64,000 nt of DNA. Source: Myxococcota bacterium. GTDB lineage: Bacteria; Myxococcota_A; Polyangia; Nannocystales; Nannocystaceae. The notes under the pieces were generated by a model, which saw only the letters and a program-made list of their open reading frames with translations, had not been told where the DNA came from and ran no database searches. The stretch covers positions 144,014 through 208,013 of the forward strand of contig JBCCHT010000024.1 of NCBI GenBank assembly GCA_039028615.1, in the 5' to 3' direction. Numbering within the stretch: position 1 is the stretch's first letter; each line of letters begins with the position of its first letter. Positions 9,886 through 19,723 of this stretch are shown here, one piece after another. The translations under genes and the position numbers were made by a program.

Positions 9886-11664
9886 CTAGTAGAAGGTGAG
9901 GTGAGGGTCCTGGAGCATGGCGGAGAGGGTGACGATCCACGCCTCTTGCACGGCGCCCGACTTTTCTCGGAGGGCGGCCTCGAACAGAGCCCAGCTGAGA
10001 TCCACCGCTTCGGAGCCGGGGCCGACCGTCTCCCCGTACAGGCGGAGGTGTAGCGGGACCAGCTGGGCTCGGATCGCCGCTTCGCTCGACTCGGAGGCAT
10101 CGACGAGGTCGAGCAACGGCTGACCTTCGCCGGGCCCCTGGCCCAGGTCGCGGCTCACCACGAAGGCCGCGGCCTCGTTGGCCAGCGCATTCACGACGAG
10201 GGAGCGCACTGGCATCGGTGAATAGACCGGCTCGGTGACGAGCGCGGAATCGATGCCTCCCGCCATGGCTCGAAAGCCGGCTCGATCGACGAGCGAAAGG
10301 TCGGCGATCGCCTTGCAGCCGCTCACCCCGGCCGAGCACGACACACCTTCGTGGCGGATGAGCCAGCGGAAGCCGGTCAGGTCGGCGATGGTGCGGGCGT
10401 ATTGTTCGGGGCGGGCGGCGAGCAAGCCGATTCGGGCGCTCGTGCCCTCGTCGTTCTCGGCTTGGTATTCGTCCGAGAGCGCGAACCGACGGACCAACGC
10501 TCGGGGGCGGTATTCGGCCTCGATCAGCACGTCGCGATACTCGGCCACCAGCTCCGACGGCACCGCGTCTCGCTCCATCTGGGCCAAGTAGGCGTACACG
10601 GTGCGGGCGACACAATCGGCGAAGCGAGGATCCGCGGCGATGTGTTGGCCCAGGTCTTCGAGTGACTCGGATGGCTTGCCGAAGTAGCCGGGCCCTCGTA
10701 GGCCGGTGTCCTGCCATTCGTCGGCGCGCTCGGGCAGGAACATGGGCGGATGCTCTCCGTCGCCGCTGGGCCCGAACGCGGCGGTGTATTCGCGACGGTA
10801 CAGAGCCTTGAAGATCGACAGGTGAGCGGCGAGCGGGTCCAGGGGCTCATGGCAGGACACGCACGCGGGGTCGTTGTTCACCGCATCAGCGATCGCCTCG
10901 TGATCGGACAGGTCGACGTTCCCGTCGATGGGCACGTTGGCCGAGCTGAAGTCGACGCACAGGAAGGTGCTCGAGATCAGGTTGGCGCGGGTGCGGTTGG
11001 CGTTGGTGTCCATGGTGACCCAGCGATGCCAGAGCGAGGAGTGGCTGAGCAGACCCGCGGTGGGGCGACCGTCGCCCCATGTGGTCTCGATCCACTCGTC
11101 GTCCGAAGCGCCGCCCTCCCAGGGGATGTCGAACGCTGCGGCCAGGACCCGGTTGGCGAGAATCGTCTCGGAGGTGACCATCTCGGTCACGGGGCGATCC
11201 TCGAGGAAGATGCGCTCGATCATGCGGAGGGGGGCATCCGCGACCGCTTCGTTGATTCGGTCGAAACGCTCGGTCCACGGGGCCAAGGGCCCGGCCGGGG
11301 CGAGGGCGGTGGCCTTGGTGATGTCCTGGCGGGTCCGAAGCTGCTCGGACCACATGTCCTTGACGGTCTCGCCGAACTCCGGCGACTGGAGGTACTCATC
11401 GACGAGCGCTTCGAGTGCGTCGGGATCCGCCGCCACGCGTTCGAACTCGGCGAGGGTGGGGTGCGTGCCCCGGATCGCCATGGACGCGCGAAGGAGCTGC
11501 ACGGCGGGGTCGAGGCGGGCGACGGGCTCCCCGCCCGCGTCGTCGGAGCCTCCATCGGCATCGCCGTCGGCGGCCGCGTCCTGAGGCGAAGGGTCTCCGC
11601 ATCCCGGGAGGGCAGCGGCCAGGGCCAGCAGCGTCGCAAAGCCGATCGAAAGGGGGCGTCTCAT
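9886..11664 (-). CDS. Monohaem c-type cytochrome lipoprotein (DUF1549/DUF1585-like partner of DUF1501)
   Basis: Lipobox LPGC. LLRASMAIRG..PT, NRTRAN..FLC, CVSCH haem motif, FADCV. C-terminus LQDPHLTFY. Confidence 0.75.
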   Translation of the reverse strand: MRRPLSIGFATLLALAAALPGCGDPSPQDAAADGDADGGSDDAGGEPVARLDPAVQLLRASMAIRGTHPTLAEFERVAADPDALEALVDEYLQSPEFGETVKDMWSEQLRTRQDITKATALAPAGPLAPWTERFDRINEAVADAPLRMIERIFLEDRPVTEMVTSETILANRVLAAAFDIPWEGGASDDEWIETTWGDGRPTAGLLSHSSLWHRWVTMDTNANRTRANLISSTFLCVDFSSANVPIDGNVDLSDHEAIADAVNNDPACVSCHEPLDPLAAHLSIFKALYRREYTAAFGPSGDGEHPPMFLPERADEWQDTGLRGPGYFGKPSESLEDLGQHIAADPRFADCVARTVYAYLAQMERDAVPSELVAEYRDVLIEAEYRPRALVRRFALSDEYQAENDEGTSARIGLLAARPEQYARTIADLTGFRWLIRHEGVSCSAGVSGCKAIADLSLVDRAGFRAMAGGIDSALVTEPVYSPMPVRSLVVNALANEAAAFVVSRDLGQGPGEGQPLLDLVDASESSEAAIRAQLVPLHLRLYGETVGPGSEAVDLSWALFEAALREKSGAVQEAWIVTLSAMLQDPHLTFY

Positions 11665-11822
11665 ACGGGAGGTCCTCTCGACTACTCGAGGGGGAGTCGC
11701 CCGGCACCGATCGATCACTGTGGCGCACAAAAATCTCGATTCGATGAGCGAGCGGGGGCGTGGAGCCACAGCTCCGAGGGCGCTGGACCCGAGCGCGGAG
11801 TCCATCGGCTACACTGGGATCG

Positions 11823-12482
11823 ATGCGTCGATGGTGGGCGTGCCGAGTGCTCTTCGGAGGGGTCATCGCGGGGGCCTGTGCTCCTCGATCCGCGACTGAA
11901 CCCGAGCCCGTCTCACCCTCGGCCCCACGCGTGCCCGATATCTCGCAGGGCGAAGCGGCGCCGGAGCTGAGCGTGTCGCCGATCGAGAGCGAGGAGGTCA
12001 CCTTGGCCGACCTTCCTGCGCCCCCGCGGGCCGAGGCCGAGCCTCACCTCTCCAACTTGCCGCGCCCGCCGACCTCGAAGAGGGCTTCGTCGAACGCGGA
12101 CCTGCCTCCTCCCTCCGAGGCGTCGCGCCGCCCCGAGCCCGCGGCGCCCACCGAGCTCTATGGTGATCCCAAGGGGTGGTCGGACCGGCCCGCGCGGCCG
12201 TCTTGGGCGACCGAGTTCATGGCCGCGCTCAATGCCATGGACTTTCCGGAGACGGCGGGTGAACCGGTCGACGTGCAGTTCACGCTGCGGGTCTGCAAGG
12301 ACGGGTCGCTCGTGCCTCGTCTCATCGGTGGAGAGGGGCTCGCCTCCGTCCATGCCGAGCTCATGAAACAGCTCGCCGCGACGACCGTGCCGGCTCCATC
12401 ACCTTCGGTTCAGGCGAAGATGAAGAGCGACTGTGCCAAGCTCGACCACGTCTTTCGGTGGACGGGCGCCGAGATTCGCTGA
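11823..12482 (+). CDS. Hypothetical lipoprotein: Pro-rich linker plus small C-terminal domain (TonB-C-like, weak)
   Basis: Lipobox AGAC, Pro/Glu-rich linker, C-terminal domain with two Cys. Confidence 0.6.
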   Translation: MRRWWACRVLFGGVIAGACAPRSATEPEPVSPSAPRVPDISQGEAAPELSVSPIESEEVTLADLPAPPRAEAEPHLSNLPRPPTSKRASSNADLPPPSEASRRPEPAAPTELYGDPKGWSDRPARPSWATEFMAALNAMDFPETAGEPVDVQFTLRVCKDGSLVPRLIGGEGLASVHAELMKQLAATTVPAPSPSVQAKMKSDCAKLDHVFRWTGAEIR

Positions 12483-12596
12483 GATGGCGGCCCACGTCGC
12501 GTGACTCGGAGCATCGACCGGCGCCGCCGATCTCGTTCAAGAGCGACGGCAGCTTCTCTTCGTATCGAGCTGGCCGGGCGCTATCATGGAGTCCGT

Positions 12597-13904
12597 TTGG
12601 TTGCTCCGCGCACAACGAAGACCGGGGCGATCGCCACGATGCTGGCGGCCGGCTGTGCCCATGGGGTCGTGGCGAAGGAGTACGACGCTTGCGCGGAGCT
12701 TCCCGCCGAGACCGCCGCCGCGCAGCTGGGGGTGACGCTGCATCCGCCCGCACCTTCGGCCTTTGATCCGAAGGCGGCGGCGAGCTTCTCCGCGGCGCCT
12801 CCGTGGGAGTGGGGGCAGCCCCGGGTCTACCCGCGGGACTACGGCTTCGACTACGGCACGCTGGGAGCCGCGGACGGCGTGCGGGCGGATACGCCGCTAT
12901 GGTGCGAGATCGAGTTCCATCGTCGCGCGCGGAAGGGCTTGTTCTCCGCCGATCCACTGACGCGGGTCGACCTCTCGGTGGTCTATGCGGTCGGCGATGA
13001 CATTCCCGTGCTGCGTCAGCGGGCGGCAAAGCGCACGGAGTGGGTCCGTATTCTCGACTCGACCCACCGCTTCGAGTCTACCGACACCCTGCGTTTCGCG
13101 ATCACCGACATCGACGTGCTCGAACGCTGGGGGTTCCCCGCGACCGACGACATCGCATCGTTCAGCCTCGAGCACGGGCAGTCGTTGTCGGCGAGCACGG
13201 GGGTGCAATGGCGAGGCACGACCACGCTTCGTTGCCGCCATCTCGATCCTGCGCAGGCCGAAGCCGCCTACGACGACACCCTGGCCCTGTTCGATCGGGA
13301 GCTGCAGGCGTTTCGCCCCCGCTACGATTTCGAAGGCTACGGCGTGGGGCTGCAGGACAGCGGCATGGGGCACCTGCGCGTCCTGTTGCGGCGCGCCGCA
13401 TCGCTCGGCCACGGCTGGGACGACCCGGAGCTCCTGGCGCGGTCGGAGAGATTGCTCGACCGTCAGCAATGCTTCGAACAGGCGGTGGTGGAGCCTCTGC
13501 GTCGAAAGACGCGGCGAATCTCTCGCGATCGACCGCTTCGTGGGTTGCGCCTCGGCCACGCGAGCGCGCTGCAGTGTGCGGACCCCGAACAGGCCCCGGG
13601 TGATCGCTGGCCGTCGGGGCGCTGCGAGTTCGACCTGTCGGTCCGTGTTCCCGCCGACGGGGCCCCGACGCGAGCCGGGGTCATCGCAGGGGCGGTCGTG
13701 GTGCTGGCCGGGGGGCGAGAAGTGAACGCGTGGCCCATCGATCCGCCCGAGGTGCAGCCCGGGACCGAAGCCGTCGTCCGCATGCGGCTCGAGCCCAGCG
13801 TGACCGAGGCGGTACCCCTGACCACGCCGGTCATGCTGCGCTGGCGACGGGATCGGCTCTTCGGGGATACGCTGGTGCGCTCGTGGCCGATCCAACCCCG
13901 GTGA
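12597..13904 (+). CDS. Hypothetical lipoprotein
   Basis: Long ORF with GC3 bias. TTG start after GGAG gives lipobox LAAGC. Start uncertain. Confidence 0.6.
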   Translation: MVAPRTTKTGAIATMLAAGCAHGVVAKEYDACAELPAETAAAQLGVTLHPPAPSAFDPKAAASFSAAPPWEWGQPRVYPRDYGFDYGTLGAADGVRADTPLWCEIEFHRRARKGLFSADPLTRVDLSVVYAVGDDIPVLRQRAAKRTEWVRILDSTHRFESTDTLRFAITDIDVLERWGFPATDDIASFSLEHGQSLSASTGVQWRGTTTLRCRHLDPAQAEAAYDDTLALFDRELQAFRPRYDFEGYGVGLQDSGMGHLRVLLRRAASLGHGWDDPELLARSERLLDRQQCFEQAVVEPLRRKTRRISRDRPLRGLRLGHASALQCADPEQAPGDRWPSGRCEFDLSVRVPADGAPTRAGVIAGAVVVLAGGREVNAWPIDPPEVQPGTEAVVRMRLEPSVTEAVPLTTPVMLRWRRDRLFGDTLVRSWPIQPR

Positions 13905-13919
13905 CGGCACGACCCTCCG

Positions 13920-14363
13920 TCAATACGGGCAGTGGGCGGTGCGCGGCTGGACCCCGGGCTCGAGGCAGTAGGTCTCCGCTTCCCGTCGGTCGGTGGCGAC
14001 GCCCACCCAGCCGTTCTCACCCGCCCGCAGCTCGAGGGTCCGAACTTCGTCGATCGGACCATGCAGCGCTTCGACCGTGTAGGAGCCTGCAGGTAGGCCT
14101 TCGAAAGCGAAGCGACCCTCGTCGTCGGTCATGATCTCGTGCTGCTCTTCGAAGCAGGAGCAGGTCAGGAGCACGAGTCCCGAACCGAGCGGCGTGCCCT
14201 GGCGCGAGTCGATGAGCTGGCCCGAGATTCGCCCCGGGTCGCGACCGACATGCAGGACACTGTCGGGGTCGGGCGTACCGGGGGTCCGCACGGGGTCCGG
14301 CAACAGTGGCGTGGCGCATGCGAGCCCGAGGCAGCCTACGAGCACGGTCCATCGGGGGAGCAC
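13920..14363 (-). CDS. Lipoprotein with carboxypeptidase-regulatory-like (Cna-B/transthyretin-like) domain
   Basis: Lipobox GLAC. ISGQLID...TDDEGRFAFEGLPAGSYTV. GTG start inferred. Confidence 0.75.
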   Translation of the reverse strand: MLPRWTVLVGCLGLACATPLLPDPVRTPGTPDPDSVLHVGRDPGRISGQLIDSRQGTPLGSGLVLLTCSCFEEQHEIMTDDEGRFAFEGLPAGSYTVEALHGPIDEVRTLELRAGENGWVGVATDRREAETYCLEPGVQPRTAHCPY

Positions 14364-14687
14364 GGGATCAATGGTAGTCGGTCGACGCTCCGCTGCCGCG
14401 GGGTCGCGCGGTCCTTGGGATGAATTGCCTGCCAACGCAGGCCGGGCGCGGTGGCGTGGGGTTTCGCGGTGATCTTCGGGGCGTTTGCGCCTGCGCCGAG
14501 TTCGGAGGCCAGCGTCGACTGAGTGATCGGTCACGCCGGCGCAGACGTTTGCCCGCGGGACGTTGTTGGGGGACCGCGCGAACGCGCAGCTCGACTGTGC
14601 GGCGGCGGACCGAACCTTCGGTGCGCTTGCTCTGCCACACATCGGAGGCCCTCAATCACCGCCTGCATTTTGGCTATGCTCCGGCCG

Positions 14688-15293
14688 ATGCGTTCGATCG
14701 TCGCGTTCTACGGGGACCTCAACTGCCCGTTTTGCTTCGCCACGAACGAGCGTCTTCATGCCCTCGGGGTGGCCGACAAGGTGGAGTGGCGCGGGCTTCA
14801 GCACGAGCCCTACCTGCCCATCCCCGCGCGACCCACCGAGCGTTCGACCCGAGAGCTCGCCGAAGAGATCGAGCGACTTCGAGTCCGCGCCCCGGACATC
14901 GAGATCCGCGTGCCGTCGTTTCGACCCAATAGCGGCCCGGCCACGGCCTTGGTCGCGGCGCTCGCCCGCGACAAACCCCGCCTGGCTCGAGCGCTGCGCC
15001 GAGTGACCTTCCGGGCGCTGTGGCTCGAGTCGAAGGACATCTCCCAGCGCGAGGTGCTCGAGGCTGCGCTCGCGGAGGTCGGGGGCCGATGGCCGGTGTG
15101 GAACTCCCCCGCGTCGTTGATGGCGCAGTGGCAGGAAGAGTGGGAGCAGGGGCCCTTCGATCGTCGCATCCCCGCGCTTCGCACGGGCAGCGGCGGCCTG
15201 CATCTCGGCTTGCAGGACCCCGAGGCCCTGTTCGCGCTCATCGAGAGCGACCGCAACTCGGCTGCGACTGACGACGTCTGCGAGCCTCGCTGA
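14688..15293 (+). CDS. DsbA/FrnE-family thioredoxin-fold protein
   Basis: FYGDLNCPFCF (CxxC), RPNS..A, DISQREVL. Confidence 0.8.
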   Translation: MRSIVAFYGDLNCPFCFATNERLHALGVADKVEWRGLQHEPYLPIPARPTERSTRELAEEIERLRVRAPDIEIRVPSFRPNSGPATALVAALARDKPRLARALRRVTFRALWLESKDISQREVLEAALAEVGGRWPVWNSPASLMAQWQEEWEQGPFDRRIPALRTGSGGLHLGLQDPEALFALIESDRNSAATDDVCEPR

Positions 15294-15303
15294 ACGGAGG
15301 TGC

Positions 15304-18300
15304 TCAGCCCTGAGCGGGAGGCTCGGCTGCGGCCGCGCCGTTGGATTGAGCCGCGGCGAGCTTGGGCACCTTGCGGACGTAGGCGAGCGCCCGAAGGACC
15401 CGCACGGCCCATAGCGCGGCCGGCATCAGCAGCAGCGCCACCAAGGGCACCAGCACTAGATCGGAAGGGCTCGGCACCGCCGTGTGATCGCCCGTGTTGC
15501 CCATCACCAGAATGATGAGCGTGCCGTACAGCCAGGGCACCACGAGGATCCAGATGACCGCGACACCTCCGCGCAGCCACAGGCTTCCGACGTCGCGGAA
15601 GCTCTGGCCCTCGTGGAAGCGCGCCCGCAGGATCTTGTGCGTGGTGCCCAGAAACGAGATGGCGGCGGCGAGGTAGACGGCCAGGCACATCACCACCAAC
15701 AGCAGCGCGCCGCCCAAGGTGCCGTACAGGACCCACGGCGAGGCATCCGCGAGCAGGATGTAGAACACCCTGAGCAGGGTGTAGTTCATCAGCACTTCGA
15801 TGAACGGTTCGATGGCGAGGGCCAAGAAGAACCCGGTCACGAAGATCACCCCGAAGGCGATGCCCAGGTAGGGCAGCAGCACCTTGAGCTCGGCGGTGAT
15901 GGTCTTGGTGGCGCGCGCGACGATGCCCTCACCGCCGCCCTGAGCCGCATGCACGGGGGCCATGGCGATGGTGACGAGGGTCTCCCGAAGCGGCAGGAGG
16001 TAGAGGATCACCGCGATGATCGACATCACGATCGGCACGTAGCCCATGACCCAGTCCACCCGCCGATAGGCGTCGAAGATCGACTGGTAGACGCCGACCT
16101 GCTCCTGGACCAGGCGCGCGTTGTAGACGATCTTCGAGCTCTCGACTGCGCTCTTGGTCTCCGCGAGGCGGTCGAGGTAGAGCTGGATCTCGGGCTCGCG
16201 AAGCTGCTTGGCCCAGTGCGAGGAGATGTAGGCGGCGAACGCTTCGTAGCGGCGCAGGTCACCCTTGGCGAGTTCTTTGCCCGCCTCGACCGCTTCCTTT
16301 CCCGCGGCCGCGGCCTCGGTTCCGACCTCTTTGGCTTTGGCCGCCACCGCATCGCGATTGGACTCGACCTCGTCGATCACCTCTTGCAGCGGGGTGCGGA
16401 TGAAGTCGAGGTGAGCCGCGGACATCTCGGAGAAGCGCTTGCGGCTCTCCTCGCGCTCGAGCACGTCGAAGAGGCCGTTGACCACCACCAGCTTGGGGCT
16501 GGTGTTCTCGATCATGAAGCCGCCCTGCACCGACTTGGTGACCAGCAGGGTCACGCCGAGCAGGCCGATGGTGATGACGAAGGTGAACGCCGCAATGACG
16601 CTCGACTTCCACATCTGTGCCGCGGGGACGTTGGGGTACTTGCTGCGCAGGCCCAGCGGCATCAGCAGGATGCCGATGAAGCCCAGCGCGGCGAGCCCAG
16701 CCAAGAACTTCCAGATGTAGCCGAACGCGCGCGACAGCGAGGCTTCTTCCTTGGCGCGGAGCCGATCGATGATCGCCGTGCGTACCTTCGGGTACCACTC
16801 CGCCAGTCGATCGGTACTGATGAACGCGGGGTTGGCCAGCGGGTTTTGGCGAGCCGAGTCTTCGATGCAGGTCAGGACCTTCTCGGCCGCTTCGATGGAC
16901 GCGGGCAGCTCTTGCGCTCCGCACCCGGCACCGAGGATCTCGATCGACAGCTCGGGCAATGTCAAGAAGAGCTTGGAGAACCGAGCCTTGAATCGCGCGG
17001 TGGCTTTTTCGTCCTCACCGCTGGAGAGGGCATCGGTCACCATGTCGGCCAGGGCGGCCACCTCGTTGAGCTCGGCCGCGACCTCGGGGTAGCGCTGGAA
17101 GCACTTGCGAAGCTCGTCGAGGGAGGTCTTGCCCTCCCCACACTTGGCGCGCATGGCCTTGAGCTTCTTGACGGTGAAGCTTCCCATGAGGCCGCGGTAG
17201 TGCAGGTACAGCTTGGGGTGGAACGCCTTCTTCTTCTTGCGCTGAATCGACAGGTACACCGTGGTGACCACGGGGTCTTCGACCATGCACTGGGCGAAGC
17301 GCTCTTGCCGGCTCTCGGGGTCGATGTCGGACAGCGATTGCTCGATCACGCAGTCGTCCCAGTCGACGTCGGTGTTCTTGGAGCACTCTTGCACGTGGCC
17401 GCCGAGGCGCGAGGCGACCCAGCCGCTCCAGGCGTCGCCCTCGGCCGAGCACCGACCGGCGATGTCTTCGATGCGCTGCTTGCCGAGCCCGACGGGCAGG
17501 TCGATGTCCATGCCGCCGAGGAGCCACTGGGCCACCGCGCCCTTGGACATGCCCGACACCGCGCTCTTGACCGCGTCGCTTTGGAGGCACGCCTCGAGGG
17601 CGGCGAGTTCGGTCTGGGGGCAGGCGTCGCGCAGAGCCTTGCGGAACAGGTTGATCGCCGCGTTGGGCTCGATGCGGTCCTCTTCGGGCAGGCCTTCGCC
17701 GACGTCTTGGTCGAGCTCGATGAGGTCGGCGAGGGCTTCGAGTTCCTCGTCGCTGAGGTCGTCGAGCTGCTCCTCCGAGGCGCCATCGAGGAGCTCCATC
17801 AGGTCGGTGTCGTCGCCCTCGGCCTCGTAGTCGTAGGGGTCGAAGTATTCCTCGTCCAGCTCGGCCTCGAGGTCCTCGTCTTCGTCCCACCAGGCTTCGA
17901 GGTCTTCACCACCGTCCTCGCCTTCGAGAAGGTCTTCGGCGAACGGATCGTAGTAGGCGTCATCGTCGACGAATTCGAAATCCTCGTCGAGGACGTCCTC
18001 GTCCGCGGCGAAGTCGAAATCTCCCTCGTCGAGGTCACCGTCGTTGATGTCGCGCTCGCTCCCGTCTTCTTCGGGGTCGAGGTCGCCGTCGTCGTCTCCG
18101 CCGTCTTCGACGGGGTCGAGGTCGCCGTCGCCATCGTCGTCTCCGCCGTCTTCGACGATGTCGAGGTCGCCCTCGTCTCCGTCGTCTCCGTCGTCTCCGT
18201 CGTCTTCTTCGGCACCTGCGGGGTCCAGGTCGGCGTCACCGTCGTCCTCTTCGCCTCCACCGGGGTCGAAGCCGTTGCCCCCGTCATCTTCTTCGCCGTC

Positions 18301-18654
18301 GCCAGGGTCGAAGCCGCCGTCTCCGTCATCACCTCCGCCGCCTCCAGGGTCGAAGCCGTCACCGCCGTCGTCGTCTTCGCCATCGCCGGGATCGAAGTCG
18401 CCGTCGTCGTCGCCTCCGCCACCGCCGGGGTCGAAGCCGTCACCGCCGTCGTCGTCCTCGCCACCGGGATCGAAGCCGCCGTCGTCTTCCTCCCCGAAGT
18501 CATCCTCTCCGGGCTGGGTCGCGAGGGAGGTCGCCGCCATGCCCAGTCGTGGGCTCAGCAGGAACAACAGCGTAATGGCGAGGGCAGGCAAGCCCAGCCG
18601 TTGCTGCAGTCGTCGTCGGAAGAGTGTCTCGTTGTATGGGGAGGTGCGCATCAC
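15304..18654 (-). CDS. Large membrane protein: signal peptide, Asp/Gly-rich repeats, Cys-paired helical region, about 7 TM helices
   Basis: 1116-aa ORF. Hydrophobic N-terminal segment, FDPG repeats, several Cys pairs, multiple C-terminal hydrophobic segments. Confidence 0.85.
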   Translation of the reverse strand: MMRTSPYNETLFRRRLQQRLGLPALAITLLFLLSPRLGMAATSLATQPGEDDFGEEDDGGFDPGGEDDDGGDGFDPGGGGGDDDGDFDPGDGEDDDGGDGFDPGGGGGDDGDGGFDPGDGEEDDGGNGFDPGGGEEDDGDADLDPAGAEEDDGDDGDDGDEGDLDIVEDGGDDDGDGDLDPVEDGGDDDGDLDPEEDGSERDINDGDLDEGDFDFAADEDVLDEDFEFVDDDAYYDPFAEDLLEGEDGGEDLEAWWDEDEDLEAELDEEYFDPYDYEAEGDDTDLMELLDGASEEQLDDLSDEELEALADLIELDQDVGEGLPEEDRIEPNAAINLFRKALRDACPQTELAALEACLQSDAVKSAVSGMSKGAVAQWLLGGMDIDLPVGLGKQRIEDIAGRCSAEGDAWSGWVASRLGGHVQECSKNTDVDWDDCVIEQSLSDIDPESRQERFAQCMVEDPVVTTVYLSIQRKKKKAFHPKLYLHYRGLMGSFTVKKLKAMRAKCGEGKTSLDELRKCFQRYPEVAAELNEVAALADMVTDALSSGEDEKATARFKARFSKLFLTLPELSIEILGAGCGAQELPASIEAAEKVLTCIEDSARQNPLANPAFISTDRLAEWYPKVRTAIIDRLRAKEEASLSRAFGYIWKFLAGLAALGFIGILLMPLGLRSKYPNVPAAQMWKSSVIAAFTFVITIGLLGVTLLVTKSVQGGFMIENTSPKLVVVNGLFDVLEREESRKRFSEMSAAHLDFIRTPLQEVIDEVESNRDAVAAKAKEVGTEAAAAGKEAVEAGKELAKGDLRRYEAFAAYISSHWAKQLREPEIQLYLDRLAETKSAVESSKIVYNARLVQEQVGVYQSIFDAYRRVDWVMGYVPIVMSIIAVILYLLPLRETLVTIAMAPVHAAQGGGEGIVARATKTITAELKVLLPYLGIAFGVIFVTGFFLALAIEPFIEVLMNYTLLRVFYILLADASPWVLYGTLGGALLLVVMCLAVYLAAAISFLGTTHKILRARFHEGQSFRDVGSLWLRGGVAVIWILVVPWLYGTLIILVMGNTGDHTAVPSPSDLVLVPLVALLLMPAALWAVRVLRALAYVRKVPKLAAAQSNGAAAAEPPAQG
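18070..18490 (-). repeat. Intragenic imperfect tandem repeat (about 13-14 aa, GFDPG..DDD unit)
   Basis: Six FDPG units, then degenerate DLDP/DLDI units. Seen on the + strand as recurring gggtcgaagccg. Confidence 0.85.
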
Positions 18655-18802
18655 TGGTCAGCGATCGTGGTGGGAACCGAGGGGCGGGGCTCGGCGACCG
18701 CGACAGTGTGGAGAAAGTGGCACTAGGACCAAGAGCAAAAACAGAACCGTCGTTTTGACTCGTTTCGACCCGAAGAAGCCTTCGAGCCATCGCACTCGTT
18801 CC

Positions 18803-19723
18803 TCAGCGAGCTAGCGTTTTGCGCAACCCCAGCCGGTCGAAGTCGCCCGGATACCAATCTTCGAATGTGCAGAAGATCTCGTAGTCGTGCGCGAGGAAGA
18901 AGGTCGGACTTTGATATCCGGCCATCCACAACGACACGGACTCGATGCCCAAAGTGGCAATGTGGCGTTCCATGCCATCGAGCAGGGCGGTGCCCAGGCC
19001 TCGCCCGCGGTGGCTGGACTCGACGAAGAGGTCGGTCAGTACGAACCAACGGTTGTAGCCCTCGCCCTCACGCAGCGCGAGCCCGCTGACGCAGCCCACG
19101 AAGTCTCCTCCCGCCAGGGCGACGAGACCGTAGCGTTCGTGGGATTGAGGGGGGTTACCGAACGCTCGCGCATGTTCGACGAATCCCTCTGCGATGCGAT
19201 GGCTCTCGGTTTCGGTCATCGCTCGTTCGACCAAGCGAAGTGATCCGGGGAAGGCCGAGGCCGGGACGTCGGTCGTCGTCGGTGGGGTCAGGGCCTTTCG
19301 GAAACCGACCTTCGAGTCGCCCGAGCAGAACTGATTCTCCAGCTCATAGCACCGGGTGTAGCCCTGGCGAGCGTAGAAATCCGGCGCTTCGTAGCCGGCA
19401 GTCCGCGTCCAGATCCGTCGGGCACCCCGCGACCATGCGCGGGCTTCGATGGCGCGCAGCATCAGCGCTCCGAGCCCACGCTTGCGGTAAGGGACCTCGA
19501 GGAACAGCTCTTCGAGGTAGGCCCAGCCATTGGGTTGGGCATGGTGGTACAGCTCCGCGACCGCACAGCCGACGAAGGCCTCGCCGTCGAGCAGCACGAC
19601 GGTGATTCGGTTCGAGTCGACCAGGACGCTGCCGGAGGCGATTGCGTGCCGTCGTCCGCCTTCGATGCGGCGGGCGAGCTCCGCATCCGTCAGGTCGCGC
19701 AGGACCACGCGCGCGTCGGTCAT
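18803..19723 (-). CDS. Tandem (two-domain) GNAT N-acetyltransferase
   Basis: Two acetyl-CoA motifs, LFLEVPYRKRGLG and LFVESSHRGRGLG. TAGYEAPDFYARQGY. Confidence 0.88.
   Translation of the reverse strand: MTDARVVLRDLTDAELARRIEGGRRHAIASGSVLVDSNRITVVLLDGEAFVGCAVAELYHHAQPNGWAYLEELFLEVPYRKRGLGALMLRAIEARAWSRGARRIWTRTAGYEAPDFYARQGYTRCYELENQFCSGDSKVGFRKALTPPTTTDVPASAFPGSLRLVERAMTETESHRIAEGFVEHARAFGNPPQSHERYGLVALAGGDFVGCVSGLALREGEGYNRWFVLTDLFVESSHRGRGLGTALLDGMERHIATLGIESVSLWMAGYQSPTFFLAHDYEIFCTFEDWYPGDFDRLGLRKTLAR

Noticed and set aside
18070..18490. Regularly spaced DNA repeats as a possible CRISPR array
   Set aside because: They are in-frame, degenerate, protein-coding repeats with no unique spacers and no cas genes.
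15484..18726. 1080-aa + strand ORF, and other long antisense ORFs (4829-6505, 22596-24587, 41165-43285, 51829-53763)
   Set aside because: Shadow frames opposite well-supported genes. They are expected from high-GC codon bias and carry no recognisable motifs.
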